A stretch of DNA of 64,000 bases from IMG/VR virus record IMGVR_UViG_3300017991_000001, positions 147,085 to 211,084 of that record; one strand, 5' to 3'. The position numbers and the translations under genes were made by a program. How positions within the stretch are numbered: the first letter of the stretch is position 1; each line of letters opens with the position of its first letter. The notes beneath the pieces were generated by a model, which ran no database searches, had not been told where the DNA came from, and was given only the letters and a program-made list of their open reading frames with translations. Positions 18,814-28,952 of the stretch are shown in pieces.

Positions 18814-21435
18814 GTGTATTCCGTGGCCTTCGATTTCAGGTCTGAAGACACGTTGTCTGCGCGCCTGCGTCGCAGGGACACGGGCACACGCTCGGACCCC
18901 ACTTTCCAAGTTGGACTGATCAAAGACACTTACGCGCATACGGGTTGCTACCTGGTGGGGTTGCCTGCCGGGCGAACCATCGTTGCCACCGAAGCTTTGC
19001 CGATGTTTTCGGGCATACCCATGGGTGCCCGACCCGTGGGTATGTACATGCCGGGTGCTCGTGTAGTCGTCGCGCAATTCCCCCAAGTTGAATACGGTTT
19101 GATACTGGGCACGTCGCTAAAACAGGTCTCCGACGCCCGAGTCGTATTGCCTGACAGCATCGGCCGCCCGCGTCTGGATGTAGGCGTGAAGAGCGACAAC
19201 ATGCATTACGGTCCGTTGCAGGACTACGACACGCCCGGCAACTTTAGCGTTGGCCGTCCCCTCGACACGCTGCCCGGCGACTGGGGAAGCATCAACGACA
19301 TGGGCGTGGGCGTGCTCGTCGGCCGGATGATGGCCCTCCTGCGCGCCTCCGACCTGGCCAAGATCGAGGCCTTCTGGGGCGACGACCTGCTCAGAATCTT
19401 CGGCTACAACATGGAGATCAGCACCGCCGCCACCGAAGAGCAGCGGGTCAACGACGAGGGCGAGTACAACGAGATCCTCTTCAAGACGCCGTATCCGTGG
19501 GAAGGGTTGGGCAGCCGGGGCGGCCCCGGCGGCACCAGCACCACCGACGACGCCCCGGCGAAGAAGGGTTCGGTCAAGGCCACCGTGGAGCCCGAGGAGG
19601 ACGACCAGCACATCCTGCCGCGCTTCACCCGGCTGACGGGCTACCTGGGCGACATGGAGCGGGAGTGGATCTCCGCTCCGCCGTCCGAGCTGGAACTGGA
19701 GACCTTCAAGGGCCTGACGCGGCACACGGGTCTGTACGAGCAGGTCAAGAGCATCGACGGGTCCTACGCCCTGCGCTCGGCCCGCGAGATCATGCTCGAG
19801 AAGACCATCCTCATCCCGGTGCCCAAGCAGATGACCTCGTCCGAGGACCCGACGGGGGACAATAGGGAGAACTACTCCGCGTCGGGCCTGTTCAACGGCA
19901 CCCACGAGAAGAAACCCTACTTCTGGGGCGAGGACAAGGCCGGCATACGCAGCGCGCAGATGCTGGACTACCATACCTGGTTCTTCAACCGCTACACGCC
20001 CGTGGGCCTCAACAAGCACGAGCTGGACTGGTACTACCCAGAAGAGTCCGGCGGCGCCCTTGGCGACGGCACGCTCTACACGGGCGGCTACAACAACGGC
20101 CACGAGTTCCTCATGGAGCTGCCGCAGATCGCGGACATCACCATCGACCACCGCTCCGGGAACATCCAGAAGTACTACCGCTCGCGCAGCGCGTTCCACA
20201 TGCATGACGACGGCTCGCTGACCATCGAGGACGGCTACGGTTCCCAGATCGTCATGGCGGGCGGCTCGATCTCCCTGAAGGCCTTCAACGACGTCTTCCT
20301 GCAGCCGGGCCGAAGCATGGTCTGCTGGGCGCCGTACGACGCGATCGTGCGGGCCGGCAACTGCGCCGACGTCTCCGCGGCGCTGGGGGACGTGCGCCTC
20401 AAGGCCGAGCGCAACCTGCAGATCCTGGGCGGCAACTCCAAGTCCGACGGCGGCGTGCTGATCGAGAGCCGCTCGACGGGTCCGCAGACGGCCTCCGACT
20501 TCGGCGAGAAGACCGGTGCCCGGGTGACCAGCCACGGCATCACGATCAAGAGCGCCGCCTCCCCGGTCTACGTCGTCGGCAGCGAGGTCTACGTGGGCCG
20601 CTACGCCGAGGGCGCCGGCTCCGTCATCATCGACGGCGGGGACCAGGGCCGTGTGCTGACACGCGGCGCGCAGATCCTGACACGCTCCACCGACGTCATC
20701 TCCCAGACGGTCGTGGCTCCGGGCGACGGCCCCGAGGAGGAGATGTTCGCGCTCAACCTGAACGGGGCGCTCCTCTCCACCAACATCGACATCGGCGGCT
20801 CGATCCGCACGTCGCCTTCGGGCACCGGCAAGACCGGGGACGCGGTCATCGGCGGACAGATCCTCTGCCATGGCCTGGGTGTCTTCGGGGACAACGTGCT
20901 GACCAACGGCCAGATGGCCCAGCGCGAGGGCTCCAACTTCGTGGCCAGCATCGAGCGCGACATCGACCTGGGCACCGAGCCCAGCGAGATCGCCGCCAAG
21001 CTCAACCGGCAGGTGGAGGCCGTGCGTGAAGTGATCGACGAGCTGAACGACGAAGCCGTGGAGGAGGCGGAAACGTCCCCCGGCAACAAGGAGTTCCAGG
21101 ACAGCATCGGGGCCTCCATGCGGGCGACGGAGGAGGACCTGAAGCTGGGCGACTCGTTCATCATCTACGAGTCCCGTTGGCAGCAGGTCATGCGCGCCAA
21201 CGGCAACGCCTCGACGTGGAACGAACCCGTCGTGGAGGCGCCCAGCGGGGAGCCCACGCGGCCTCACCCGGGCGAGGCGGCCTGGGAGGAGGGCGATCAT
21301 TACGCCACGGTCGACCCGCTCAACCTGAGCCTGTCCGAGAACAAGACGCTGGAGCGCGAGAACATGCAGAACGAGGGGGCCGAGCCCGAACTGGCCACCC
21401 TCGCCGAGGGGTATCTGATCAACACGCAGACATGA
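18814..21435 (+). CDS. putative baseplate hub/spike protein (gp5/VgrG-like beta-helix)
   Basis: Repeating short beta strands (HMHDDGSLTIEDGYGSQIVMAGGSISL); follows the tube; start codon uncertain. Confidence 0.55.
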   Translation: MYSVAFDFRSEDTLSARLRRRDTGTRSDPTFQVGLIKDTYAHTGCYLVGLPAGRTIVATEALPMFSGIPMGARPVGMYMPGARVVVAQFPQVEYGLILGTSLKQVSDARVVLPDSIGRPRLDVGVKSDNMHYGPLQDYDTPGNFSVGRPLDTLPGDWGSINDMGVGVLVGRMMALLRASDLAKIEAFWGDDLLRIFGYNMEISTAATEEQRVNDEGEYNEILFKTPYPWEGLGSRGGPGGTSTTDDAPAKKGSVKATVEPEEDDQHILPRFTRLTGYLGDMEREWISAPPSELELETFKGLTRHTGLYEQVKSIDGSYALRSAREIMLEKTILIPVPKQMTSSEDPTGDNRENYSASGLFNGTHEKKPYFWGEDKAGIRSAQMLDYHTWFFNRYTPVGLNKHELDWYYPEESGGALGDGTLYTGGYNNGHEFLMELPQIADITIDHRSGNIQKYYRSRSAFHMHDDGSLTIEDGYGSQIVMAGGSISLKAFNDVFLQPGRSMVCWAPYDAIVRAGNCADVSAALGDVRLKAERNLQILGGNSKSDGGVLIESRSTGPQTASDFGEKTGARVTSHGITIKSAASPVYVVGSEVYVGRYAEGAGSVIIDGGDQGRVLTRGAQILTRSTDVISQTVVAPGDGPEEEMFALNLNGALLSTNIDIGGSIRTSPSGTGKTGDAVIGGQILCHGLGVFGDNVLTNGQMAQREGSNFVASIERDIDLGTEPSEIAAKLNRQVEAVREVIDELNDEAVEEAETSPGNKEFQDSIGASMRATEEDLKLGDSFIIYESRWQQVMRANGNASTWNEPVVEAPSGEPTRPHPGEAAWEEGDHYATVDPLNLSLSENKTLERENMQNEGAEPELATLAEGYLINTQT

Positions 21436-21443
21436 GGTGAACC

Positions 21444-22115
21444 ATGCCGGACGGATTCGCGATCAAGGAACCGCCCAAGCAGCCGCTTGAGCAGATGAAG
21501 AAGGGCGCCGGACCGCCCTCGCAGAAGAGGGTGATCTCCGAAGAGAACACGGTGGACAGCATCCCCTTCCCGGAGACAAAGCTGGATGAGAATTCGATGC
21601 CGGCACCGGAATCCAACGAGCCGGACAAGGAGCCGGGGCCGCCGCTGCCGAAGGACGTGCCGGACGAACGCGACAAGAAGAACTTCATGCGCGTGGTCTT
21701 CGCCAACAAGCGGTATGAGCGGACCTACAAGCTCTTCGGTGGCGGGATGACGATCACGTTCGAGGACCGGTCCACGCTCGAGACGGAGCTGATGTACGCG
21801 CTGCTGGACAAGAAGAGCATCCCCACCGAGGAGGAGTTCGCCACGGAGCTGGAGCGTCTCCAGCTGGCGCTGCAGTTCAGGAAGCTGGACGTCAAGGGCG
21901 AGCAGCAGCCGGTGAAGATGGGCCCGCTGCCGACGGAGGAGACGGAGACGGCGCAGGAGGAGGAGCTCACGAAGCGGCTGGAGCGGATCATGAAGTTGCC
22001 GCGGCCGGTCTACCACGCGTTGATGGAGGCCAACCGCCGCTTCGAGGACCACGTGCGGTACCTGACCGACCAGGCCCTGCACGCGGATTTTTGGAAAGCC
22101 GGTGGGGGCGCCTGA
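21444..22115 (+). CDS. putative tail assembly chaperone (gpG-like)
   Basis: Acidic and helical; ends at a G-GAT-TTT slippery heptamer overlapping the next ORF. Confidence 0.55.
   Translation: MPDGFAIKEPPKQPLEQMKKGAGPPSQKRVISEENTVDSIPFPETKLDENSMPAPESNEPDKEPGPPLPKDVPDERDKKNFMRVVFANKRYERTYKLFGGGMTITFEDRSTLETELMYALLDKKSIPTEEEFATELERLQLALQFRKLDVKGEQQPVKMGPLPTEETETAQEEELTKRLERIMKLPRPVYHALMEANRRFEDHVRYLTDQALHADFWKAGGGA
22085..22091 (+). other. candidate -1 programmed ribosomal frameshift site G_GAT_TTT
   Basis: In-frame G GAT TTT TGG; the -1 frame continues TTG GAA AGC CGG into ORF 22091-22585. Confidence 0.6.
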
Positions 22116-22585
22116 TCGTACACGCTTTCCGCACCGGCGCGCTCGACTTCTCGCAGTACAGCCAGGGGGATGCCTATTGGGAGCTGAGGGAGGAGCTGGT
22201 TCTCGAAGACATCCACATGGCGTTCGACGCGAAGGTTTCGGAGCTGTCGCTGCTGTGGCACTCCTGCGCCGGTCAGCCCACGGGTTGGGAGGAGGACGAG
22301 GAGCGTGCGAACTATCACTTCAAGGAAGCGGATAAGACGTGGAAGGATGTGGGCAGGTGTCTGCTGCCTTGGTATGATCTCTTCAAGAAGCGGGAGTTGT
22401 CGGCACAGCAGTTGTGGGAGGTGTTCAAGGAGCAGGAGAAGGACCCGGCATACGCGGCCTATCTGAAGAGTGAACGGCAGCGGTTGCGGACGATGGCGCG
22501 TCGTGCCGTGGAGGGCGTGGAGGCGGAGAAGGACGCCGTCGCCGCGCTGCGTGAGCTTCGGAGGCGGTTCAGGGAGAAGCGTTGA
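22091..22585 (+). CDS. putative frameshift extension of the tail chaperone (gpT-like)
   Basis: -1 frame relative to the upstream ORF; only a TTG start with no RBS; good codon bias. Confidence 0.55.
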   Translation: MESRWGRLIVHAFRTGALDFSQYSQGDAYWELREELVLEDIHMAFDAKVSELSLLWHSCAGQPTGWEEDEERANYHFKEADKTWKDVGRCLLPWYDLFKKRELSAQQLWEVFKEQEKDPAYAAYLKSERQRLRTMARRAVEGVEAEKDAVAALRELRRRFREKR

Positions 22586-24111
22586 TGCCCGACTTCGTAT
22601 CCAAGCGCAAGGAGGACCGCAAGCGGCTCGTGAAGAGCCCCGGGCGTAAGCCTCTGTCCATCTCCCCGGTTGCGACGCCCCGAACCAAACAGTCAAAGCG
22701 AGGACCGCTGGCCACGCTGCGCAAGCTGGCCCGCGACTTCCGCAGCGGGATAAGTGCTCTACAGAGAATGGCTTATGAGAAAGCCGCGGTGTCCGGCAAG
22801 CAACGGCCGGCCGAGAAATCGTCAACCGTGGAACATAGGAAGTTCATAACCAGAGAACACGTAAAGGATTACACCCCGTCTGCAATGTCTGCCGCAGGAC
22901 GGGAGCGCCTCTACCGGGCAAACGAGGCCTCGCGCCAGGCGCCTCGTCCGGTCACGCTGCCCGAGCAGCACACGTCCCGGTCGCCTCGTCCGGTCACGCT
23001 GCCCGAGCGGAACACGGTCAAATCGTCAAAAAAGACAGAGGGTCGTCGCACTGAGGTCGTACGTGAGCGTACGCAGCGCCTGCGTGACGATCGCAAGCCT
23101 GAACATCCGATAAGACCACCCGCCATTTCACGCTCGTACAGGGCGTTTAAGCGGCCTTTACAGCGGCCTTCCGGTGCACGTGGAGAGGGCGCACGGCAGG
23201 GCGTCTTCGCATACGGACGGCAGGGGATTGTGACCTCGGCCGACCGGGAGGCCGCTCAACAAGTGCACGAGCCCTACACGGGCGCGTTCCACCAACTGCC
23301 GGCAGCGGCCCGCGTGGCTCAGGTCATCCGGGCCGACGCGCTGATCAGAAGCGGAGAGGGAAAAGAGCACCCGACCATCCGCGCGCTGGCCCAGGCCGCG
23401 CGTGAGGGGCGCAAGCGCTACGTCGCGGACGCCGATCCGGTTCACTTGCAGCAGGCATTCAACGAGGCGTTCGGCGGGGCCACACGAGCCGAACAAGTTC
23501 TTAGCACACCTGTGATTCACAACATGGTCGAACGACACCGTTTTGCGGTAGAATCAGTACAGCGTCGCCTTGAAACCATATCGCGGCGCGAAGCACCCGG
23601 CAGGGTGCCGAACACGGGCTCCGGGACAGTTTCTGTGCGGCGGGGGCGCGGTTCAGGTGTACGTCGGTCGGCCTCCCCCCCACGATTGGCGTCACCTTCC
23701 GCGTCCTCGCTCCATCATACACCAGGCGGGGATGAAAGAACACACGTGCACGAACTTCGTGCACAACTCTCACACAACGACTTCGGACACCTTCCCTCCG
23801 CGGCCGACCAGGCCGAGCGGGAGGAACGCCTAAGGTCAACATCTCCATCCATATATGCGAGCAAGCAGGTTCGGACAGCGGAAACCAAGAAGTCCGACCG
23901 GCGCGTGACGCCGCCGCAGATGCCGCAGTCAGAGAGCGGCAGGCCGTCGATGCCGGCACCCACGCGGGTCTCGAAAGCGCCCGCCTCGGCGAACCAGCAG
24001 CGCAGTCAGGACGCCAAGCCAAAGCAGAACAAGTTCACGGGCGAGTTGCGCATGGTCTCTTCCACCGGCAAGGACATCGGCCGGGCGGAAGTCGAGATGA
24101 AGGGAGGTTGA
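22585..24111 (+). CDS. basic, low-complexity protein at the tape-measure position
   Basis: TGATG coupling to the chaperone; R/S/P-rich; internal PRPVTLPE duplication. Confidence 0.55.
   Translation: MPDFVSKRKEDRKRLVKSPGRKPLSISPVATPRTKQSKRGPLATLRKLARDFRSGISALQRMAYEKAAVSGKQRPAEKSSTVEHRKFITREHVKDYTPSAMSAAGRERLYRANEASRQAPRPVTLPEQHTSRSPRPVTLPERNTVKSSKKTEGRRTEVVRERTQRLRDDRKPEHPIRPPAISRSYRAFKRPLQRPSGARGEGARQGVFAYGRQGIVTSADREAAQQVHEPYTGAFHQLPAAARVAQVIRADALIRSGEGKEHPTIRALAQAAREGRKRYVADADPVHLQQAFNEAFGGATRAEQVLSTPVIHNMVERHRFAVESVQRRLETISRREAPGRVPNTGSGTVSVRRGRGSGVRRSASPPRLASPSASSLHHTPGGDERTHVHELRAQLSHNDFGHLPSAADQAEREERLRSTSPSIYASKQVRTAETKKSDRRVTPPQMPQSESGRPSMPAPTRVSKAPASANQQRSQDAKPKQNKFTGELRMVSSTGKDIGRAEVEMKGG
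22940..23008 (+). repeat. 27-bp direct repeat with a 42-bp period
   Basis: CGCCTCGTCCGGTCACGCTGCCCGAGC at 22940 and 22982. Confidence 0.85.
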
Positions 24112-24112
24112 G

Positions 24113-24565
24113 GTGGCCGACATCTTCAACTCCCGACCGGGCGTGGTGCAGGTGATCGAGGCCGAGCAGGCCATCCCGGCGCGCCTCCGCATAGGCGGCT
24201 TCGACCCCAAGGCGGTACTGGTCAGCGGCGTCGACTACACCCAGCGCACGAACCAGCAGTTCCAGTACTCGCTGGACCGCAACGTGTACATCTACGTGTT
24301 CGGCGACCTGATGGGCACGCTGATGGTCAGCGGGTTGGCCTTCCCCGAAACCTGCGCGGGCGAGGACGGGATCGTCGAGATCCTGGAGTTCTACCGGCAG
24401 GGGCGGGCGGCCATCAACCCGGCCACGGTCAACGTGGCCATCGGTAACGAGCTGATCGTGGGCTTCATGACGGAGGTCAGGCTGCGGGCCATGACCGGCG
24501 GGTACGACGCCGTCGCACCCACGGAGGAGTTTCACATCGGAATCAACGCGCTGCCGAGGGAATGA
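24113..24565 (+). CDS. putative tail tube initiator/baseplate protein
   Basis: Tube-like beta pattern (QFQYSLDRNVYIYVFGD); position. Confidence 0.5.
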   Translation: MADIFNSRPGVVQVIEAEQAIPARLRIGGFDPKAVLVSGVDYTQRTNQQFQYSLDRNVYIYVFGDLMGTLMVSGLAFPETCAGEDGIVEILEFYRQGRAAINPATVNVAIGNELIVGFMTEVRLRAMTGGYDAVAPTEEFHIGINALPRE

Positions 24566-25350
24566 TGATCAACCACGCCAGAACCCTCCTGCTGAACCGC
24601 AGCGGTGCGTCGCGCCCCCCGGCGGACTTCTTTCTCGAGGAGTACGTCTCGCCCGACTTCGCCCGGTTGGAGCTGCCGGACTACCTGCAGACGCTGCATC
24701 ACGCGCTGGTGGGCGAGAACGCGGACGACGCCTGGGCCAACTTCAGGATGCGGCAGTACACCACGCTCCTGCACGCGACCGAGTTCGCCTCTTATGTGCT
24801 GGATCTGGACAGCCGCGTAACCTACCTGCGTGAGAACTCCACCCTGGACGACATCGAGACGCGTACGGCGGTGCCGCTGAACGGCCTGGCCGGCACAGCC
24901 TATATTTTGGGCACGCTGGAGCCTTCATCCGGGCAACCGCGCCTGCTATATGAGTGGACCGTGGAGATGGTCATGCCCCTGCTGGCCCGCTCCAAGGACC
25001 TGCGCACGGGCACCATCCAGGACACGGTGATCACCGTGGCCGACAGCCTGAGCAGCGCTATCGCGCTGGCCGGGCAACAGGACCTGAACGTCAAGGTGGA
25101 GGACCCCGTGCAGAACGCGGCCTGGAAGGTGTCGGTCTTCGCGGAGCCGCCGAGCGACCTGAGCGCGCTGATGGACACCCTCAAGCAGACGGGCGGCGCC
25201 ACACTGGGCCGGCTGTTCGCGGGGGCGAGCCCGTACGACACGTTCAAGGAGCTGTGGGAGCGGCACCCCTTTCTGTCCTATCAACTCAGCGGCCTCCTGT
25301 TGGCCTTCATCTACCGCGCGGAGGGCGCGAGGGTTGGCGATACGGCTTGA
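24562..25350 (+). CDS. hypothetical baseplate-module protein
   Basis: ATGA overlap; codon bias. Confidence 0.65.
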   Translation: MMINHARTLLLNRSGASRPPADFFLEEYVSPDFARLELPDYLQTLHHALVGENADDAWANFRMRQYTTLLHATEFASYVLDLDSRVTYLRENSTLDDIETRTAVPLNGLAGTAYILGTLEPSSGQPRLLYEWTVEMVMPLLARSKDLRTGTIQDTVITVADSLSSAIALAGQQDLNVKVEDPVQNAAWKVSVFAEPPSDLSALMDTLKQTGGATLGRLFAGASPYDTFKELWERHPFLSYQLSGLLLAFIYRAEGARVGDTA

Positions 25351-26986
25351 AAACTTCTACCGCGTCGATGTGCAGGTGCGGGCCGAGATCGGCGGGCAAT
25401 CCGTGCCCGTGAACAGCGTCTCCGTGCGCTACTCGATCGACCGTATACCGGAAGCCGCTATTACCATACCAGTGGGCCGCTCAGCGCGCGGGGACGCCGT
25501 ACACGTGGGTGCGGGTGTTTTCGGCACGCTGCCTCCCTTTACGTCCATGCGTATCTACGCGCTTGCTGAGGCGACGCCCGCCGGTCGCGACGCTCCGCGA
25601 AAAGGAGGATTGCCGCAAGGGGAGTTCCTTCTGTTCGATGGGTACGTGTCCGCGCCGTCCATGCATCTCGATGTTTCAGGCGGCATGGGCAGTGCCACGC
25701 TCCGTGTACAAGGTTTTGGAAGGCTGGGCGGCTTGGCTGGAGCAACCACGCTGGGCGTGGGCGTGACCTTGAACAAGCCTCCGGGCGGTACGGACGTGTT
25801 TATGAGTAGTTTTGGTCAGAACGAGAAGAACAACCACCTGACGATTACTGACCAGCTCATGAAGAAGGGGTATTACAGAGACATCGGTGAAGCCGTTTTG
25901 GAACTGTTTGACGACGCGCTGAACGTGACCAGCGTTTGGGCCCACGATCAGCCGGGTTCGGCCAACGCTGGAGCTGCCGCGGACCGTGCCCACGCGAGTC
26001 TGGTGTCGGGCGCCAGCTTCGACCTGCTCAAGCGCGCGTCTCAGGTCAATCAGCAGGCGTTCGGACGCATGGTGGCGGAAACATTAGCGAATGTTTTCTG
26101 GGGCGTGTGGTCGGGCGTCGACAAAGCTGGAAACTTCTCGCCCAGCGCGGGCGGCGATTTGTGGGAAGTGATGCAGAAGCTCCAAGGCGTTTTCTACTTC
26201 CACGTCGTACCCACGGCGGCCACGGATTACATGGCGCCGATTACCCCCAACCTTGGCGGCGACCCGAACAACCTCTTCCCGGCCGGTGAATATTCCATCA
26301 TAGGCGGGGGTGAGGATTTCTTTGAAGGAGGGGGCGCCCGTTACATGTACGCCTATATCACACAGGTGGGTTTGGCGGCGTCGAGTTTCCAATCCTCTCC
26401 GTGGAATGACGGTTCGTCGGTAACCGGGCGCGTAGGGTACGCGAACTTGTCGTTGGGCGATGAAGACTTCGTGTTGGACGGTGGGCGCATCTTCATGTGC
26501 GGTTCACCGCCGTGGCTCATACCTGCCGGTTCACAAGCCAAGGACACACTGAATCCGTTCAAGGGCATCAGCGACGCGGCAGGTTCCGGCGGTTGGTTTA
26601 GCAGTGGCAAGCGGGCGTCGGAAATCGCCATGTTCGGTTCAACGCTGGGTGACCGTGTCGCCAGAACCATCCTGCATGAGCTGGTCTTTGAGCACCGTAA
26701 GCTTGCCGTTGCCGGCCGCCTGCGCACGGACGTGGCACCCGGCAACATCGTACGAGTTACGCTGCCCGCGGAAGGGTTCATCGGTCAACCCGGTGACAAC
26801 CTGTATGGGATGGCAAGCGATGTTATCCTGAGGATTATGACTCAGGAAGGCGGCAGTTTGGCGCGAACGGAGGTGGGCATTTCGCACCTGCGCACCGAAA
26901 GCGAGCACGAACGCCTCACGTTGGACGAACACCCCGTATACGGGGAGACTTGGTCGGGCGTGCCGTTAGTCGTGGAGGAGAGCTGA
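25334..26986 (+). CDS. putative baseplate hub protein (gp27/gpD-like)
   Basis: VSVRYSIDRIPEAAITI, LLFDGYV and C-terminal GRLRTDVAPGNIVRV patterns typical of hub proteins. Confidence 0.55.
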   Translation: MAIRLENFYRVDVQVRAEIGGQSVPVNSVSVRYSIDRIPEAAITIPVGRSARGDAVHVGAGVFGTLPPFTSMRIYALAEATPAGRDAPRKGGLPQGEFLLFDGYVSAPSMHLDVSGGMGSATLRVQGFGRLGGLAGATTLGVGVTLNKPPGGTDVFMSSFGQNEKNNHLTITDQLMKKGYYRDIGEAVLELFDDALNVTSVWAHDQPGSANAGAAADRAHASLVSGASFDLLKRASQVNQQAFGRMVAETLANVFWGVWSGVDKAGNFSPSAGGDLWEVMQKLQGVFYFHVVPTAATDYMAPITPNLGGDPNNLFPAGEYSIIGGGEDFFEGGGARYMYAYITQVGLAASSFQSSPWNDGSSVTGRVGYANLSLGDEDFVLDGGRIFMCGSPPWLIPAGSQAKDTLNPFKGISDAAGSGGWFSSGKRASEIAMFGSTLGDRVARTILHELVFEHRKLAVAGRLRTDVAPGNIVRVTLPAEGFIGQPGDNLYGMASDVILRIMTQEGGSLARTEVGISHLRTESEHERLTLDEHPVYGETWSGVPLVVEES

Positions 26987-27684
26987 TGGACAAGGAATAT
27001 GAGATCTGGAAGGGCAAGCCCAGCGACGCGAACTTCGACGCGGTGCTGAAGAAGGCCGACCCCGTCATCAACTCGGCGCTGCAGTCTTACGCTGGCGGGG
27101 ACAAAGGGCTGCATTCCAGGGCGAAACTGCTGGCCGCGCGGGCGATCAAGAGCTACGACGCGACCAAGGGGACCAAGCTGCGCACCCACCTGATGACCCA
27201 GCTGCAGCCGCTCTCCCGTACGCACCGCGAGCGCACCCAGGTCGTGCGCGTGCCCGAGCGCGTCACCGCGGACCTCTACAAGATGAGGCAGGAGGAACAG
27301 CGCTTCAAGGATCAGTTCGGCCGCTCGGCCTCCGACAGCGAGCTGTCCTCGGCGACGGGCCTCTCCCGCAAGCGGCTCATGCATGTGCGCAAGTTCGCCC
27401 GGGGAGAGATGGCCGAGTCGGGCCTGGTGGGGGACGAGGGCGAGATCCTGTACCCCGGCGTGTCCAAGCCGGACCCCGAGCAGGTGCTGATCGAGTACGT
27501 CCACCACGACCTGGACCCGATCGACCAGACCATCCTGGAGCATCGCTCCGGCCTGTACGGGAAGCCCGTTTTGAGCAACAATGATATCGCGGCGCGGTTA
27601 AGATTATCGCCGGGCGCCGTATCGCAGCGGGCGGCGAAGATCGCCAAGCGGATCAGCGAGTTGCGTGACCAGGGGGTCGCCTGA
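26986..27684 (+). CDS. sigma-70 family RNA polymerase sigma factor (phage-encoded, group-3-like)
   Basis: Region 2 AIKSYDATKGTKLRTH, VVRVPE, region 3 GRSASDSELSSATGLS, region 4 HTH LSNNDIAARLRLSPGAVSQ; GGAGGAG RBS. Confidence 0.85.
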   Translation: MDKEYEIWKGKPSDANFDAVLKKADPVINSALQSYAGGDKGLHSRAKLLAARAIKSYDATKGTKLRTHLMTQLQPLSRTHRERTQVVRVPERVTADLYKMRQEEQRFKDQFGRSASDSELSSATGLSRKRLMHVRKFARGEMAESGLVGDEGEILYPGVSKPDPEQVLIEYVHHDLDPIDQTILEHRSGLYGKPVLSNNDIAARLRLSPGAVSQRAAKIAKRISELRDQGVA

Positions 27685-28121
27685 TGGCCATCGACAACCA
27701 GTTCGAGGACCTCGTCAACGCCCTGATCAGCGCGCAGAGCGCGGTGTCCGACGGCACGCGGGACGGCGGCCAGCGCAGGTGGATGGACTACCTGGAGATC
27801 AAGGAGGCCGGCCAGTTCGATCTCGATGCCATCGCGGAGATCTTCTCACGGGCCGGCTTGAACGACACCTTCAGCAAGCTGATGGGCACGGACGGGGCGC
27901 GCGTGAAGGAGTTCCACGCGTCCAAGCTGTCCAACGACTTCATGGCCGGGATGGAGCGCGACCACGTGGCCCGCGTGCGCTCACGCGTCGCCACGATCAT
28001 GCACGGCGCCTCCCGGTCCCGGGCGAACGGCAAGTCCACGGGCCCGCTGCGGCGCAACACCATTGACTTCATCACCCGCGTGGTGGACGAGGATGACGCC
28101 ACGGCCAGGGCGGAGAGCTGA
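27684..28121 (+). CDS. hypothetical protein
   Basis: TGATG coupling; codon bias. Confidence 0.7.
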   Translation: MAIDNQFEDLVNALISAQSAVSDGTRDGGQRRWMDYLEIKEAGQFDLDAIAEIFSRAGLNDTFSKLMGTDGARVKEFHASKLSNDFMAGMERDHVARVRSRVATIMHGASRSRANGKSTGPLRRNTIDFITRVVDEDDATARAES

Positions 28122-28123
28122 GC

Positions 28124-28594
28124 ATGGCCAGCACGAACTACACGGGACGGACGGTGGACCTGTTCATCTTCCAGGGGGCGCTGCCCGCCGGGGAGCAGCT
28201 GATCGAGACGGGCTTCGGCACTGCGGGCGAGGTCATCACCGGCATCCAGAAACTCGTGCAGTCGTTCACGACACTGTTCCTGACACGCATCGGCACCGTG
28301 AAGTACAACGCCTCGCTGGGCTCGGGTTTCATCGCGGCCATCCAACGCGGGCGCATCCGCGACGAGTCGGGCGCGCGCACGGAGTTCGCGCTGGCCGCCG
28401 AGGACGTGCGCAAGATTCTGGCCGAAGATGCGGAGGCCAACAACCCGCCGGACGACGAGACGTATGCGGGCGCGGACCTGGAGAGTCTTGAATTAAACAG
28501 GGCTGAATCGTTGCTCGTGTTGAAGGTTCGCGTAAACTCCGTAGCGGGCGAGAGTCGTGAAGTTTTCCTCCCCGTGCCCCTGGCGATCAGGTAA
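28124..28594 (+). CDS. baseplate wedge protein (gp25/gpW-like)
   Basis: ITGIQKLVQSFTTLFLTRIGT...LGSGF pattern; 156 aa; precedes a baseplate J-like gene. Confidence 0.7.
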   Translation: MASTNYTGRTVDLFIFQGALPAGEQLIETGFGTAGEVITGIQKLVQSFTTLFLTRIGTVKYNASLGSGFIAAIQRGRIRDESGARTEFALAAEDVRKILAEDAEANNPPDDETYAGADLESLELNRAESLLVLKVRVNSVAGESREVFLPVPLAIR

Positions 28595-28606
28595 AACGAT
28601 CGCGCG

Positions 28607-28619
28607 GGCGCGTTACCAT
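28607..28619 (+). promoter_or_regulatory. candidate promoter motif GGCGCGTTACCAT
   Basis: Near-identical copy (GGCGCGTTACTAT) at 52417-52429; both are intergenic and upstream of accessory genes. Confidence 0.4.
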
Positions 28620-28663
28620 CTCCTAAGGCCGGCTTCATAGCCCCCGGCCGGAAAGGAGACACG

Positions 28664-28933
28664 ATGGGAGAGAAAGAAAAGGACCCCTTGTGGTACAGGG
28701 TGTTCCTGAAACTGGCCATACTCGCGGCCATCGCGGCGTTCCTGTACGGTTTCGTGGACGGATGGGTGTCCGCACGGGCCGAACGGCGTGAGAAGGTCAT
28801 GGAGAGGATCAGGGAGGAGAACGAGCTGCGGCGCATGGAGTCCGAGCTGATGCGTCCACGCATGGGGCAGCTTCCACCCCCGCCTCCGCCCGCGTCCCCT
28901 CCGCCCGACAAGAAGGATCAGTGGATCTTCTAG
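28664..28933 (+). CDS. small membrane protein with a Pro-rich tail (moron-like)
   Basis: AAGGAG RBS; one TM segment (VFLKLAILAAIAAFLYGFV); flanked by a candidate promoter and a hairpin. Confidence 0.7.
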   Translation: MGEKEKDPLWYRVFLKLAILAAIAAFLYGFVDGWVSARAERREKVMERIREENELRRMESELMRPRMGQLPPPPPPASPPPDKKDQWIF

Positions 28934-28952
28934 GCCCGAGAGGGCTGGGCCC

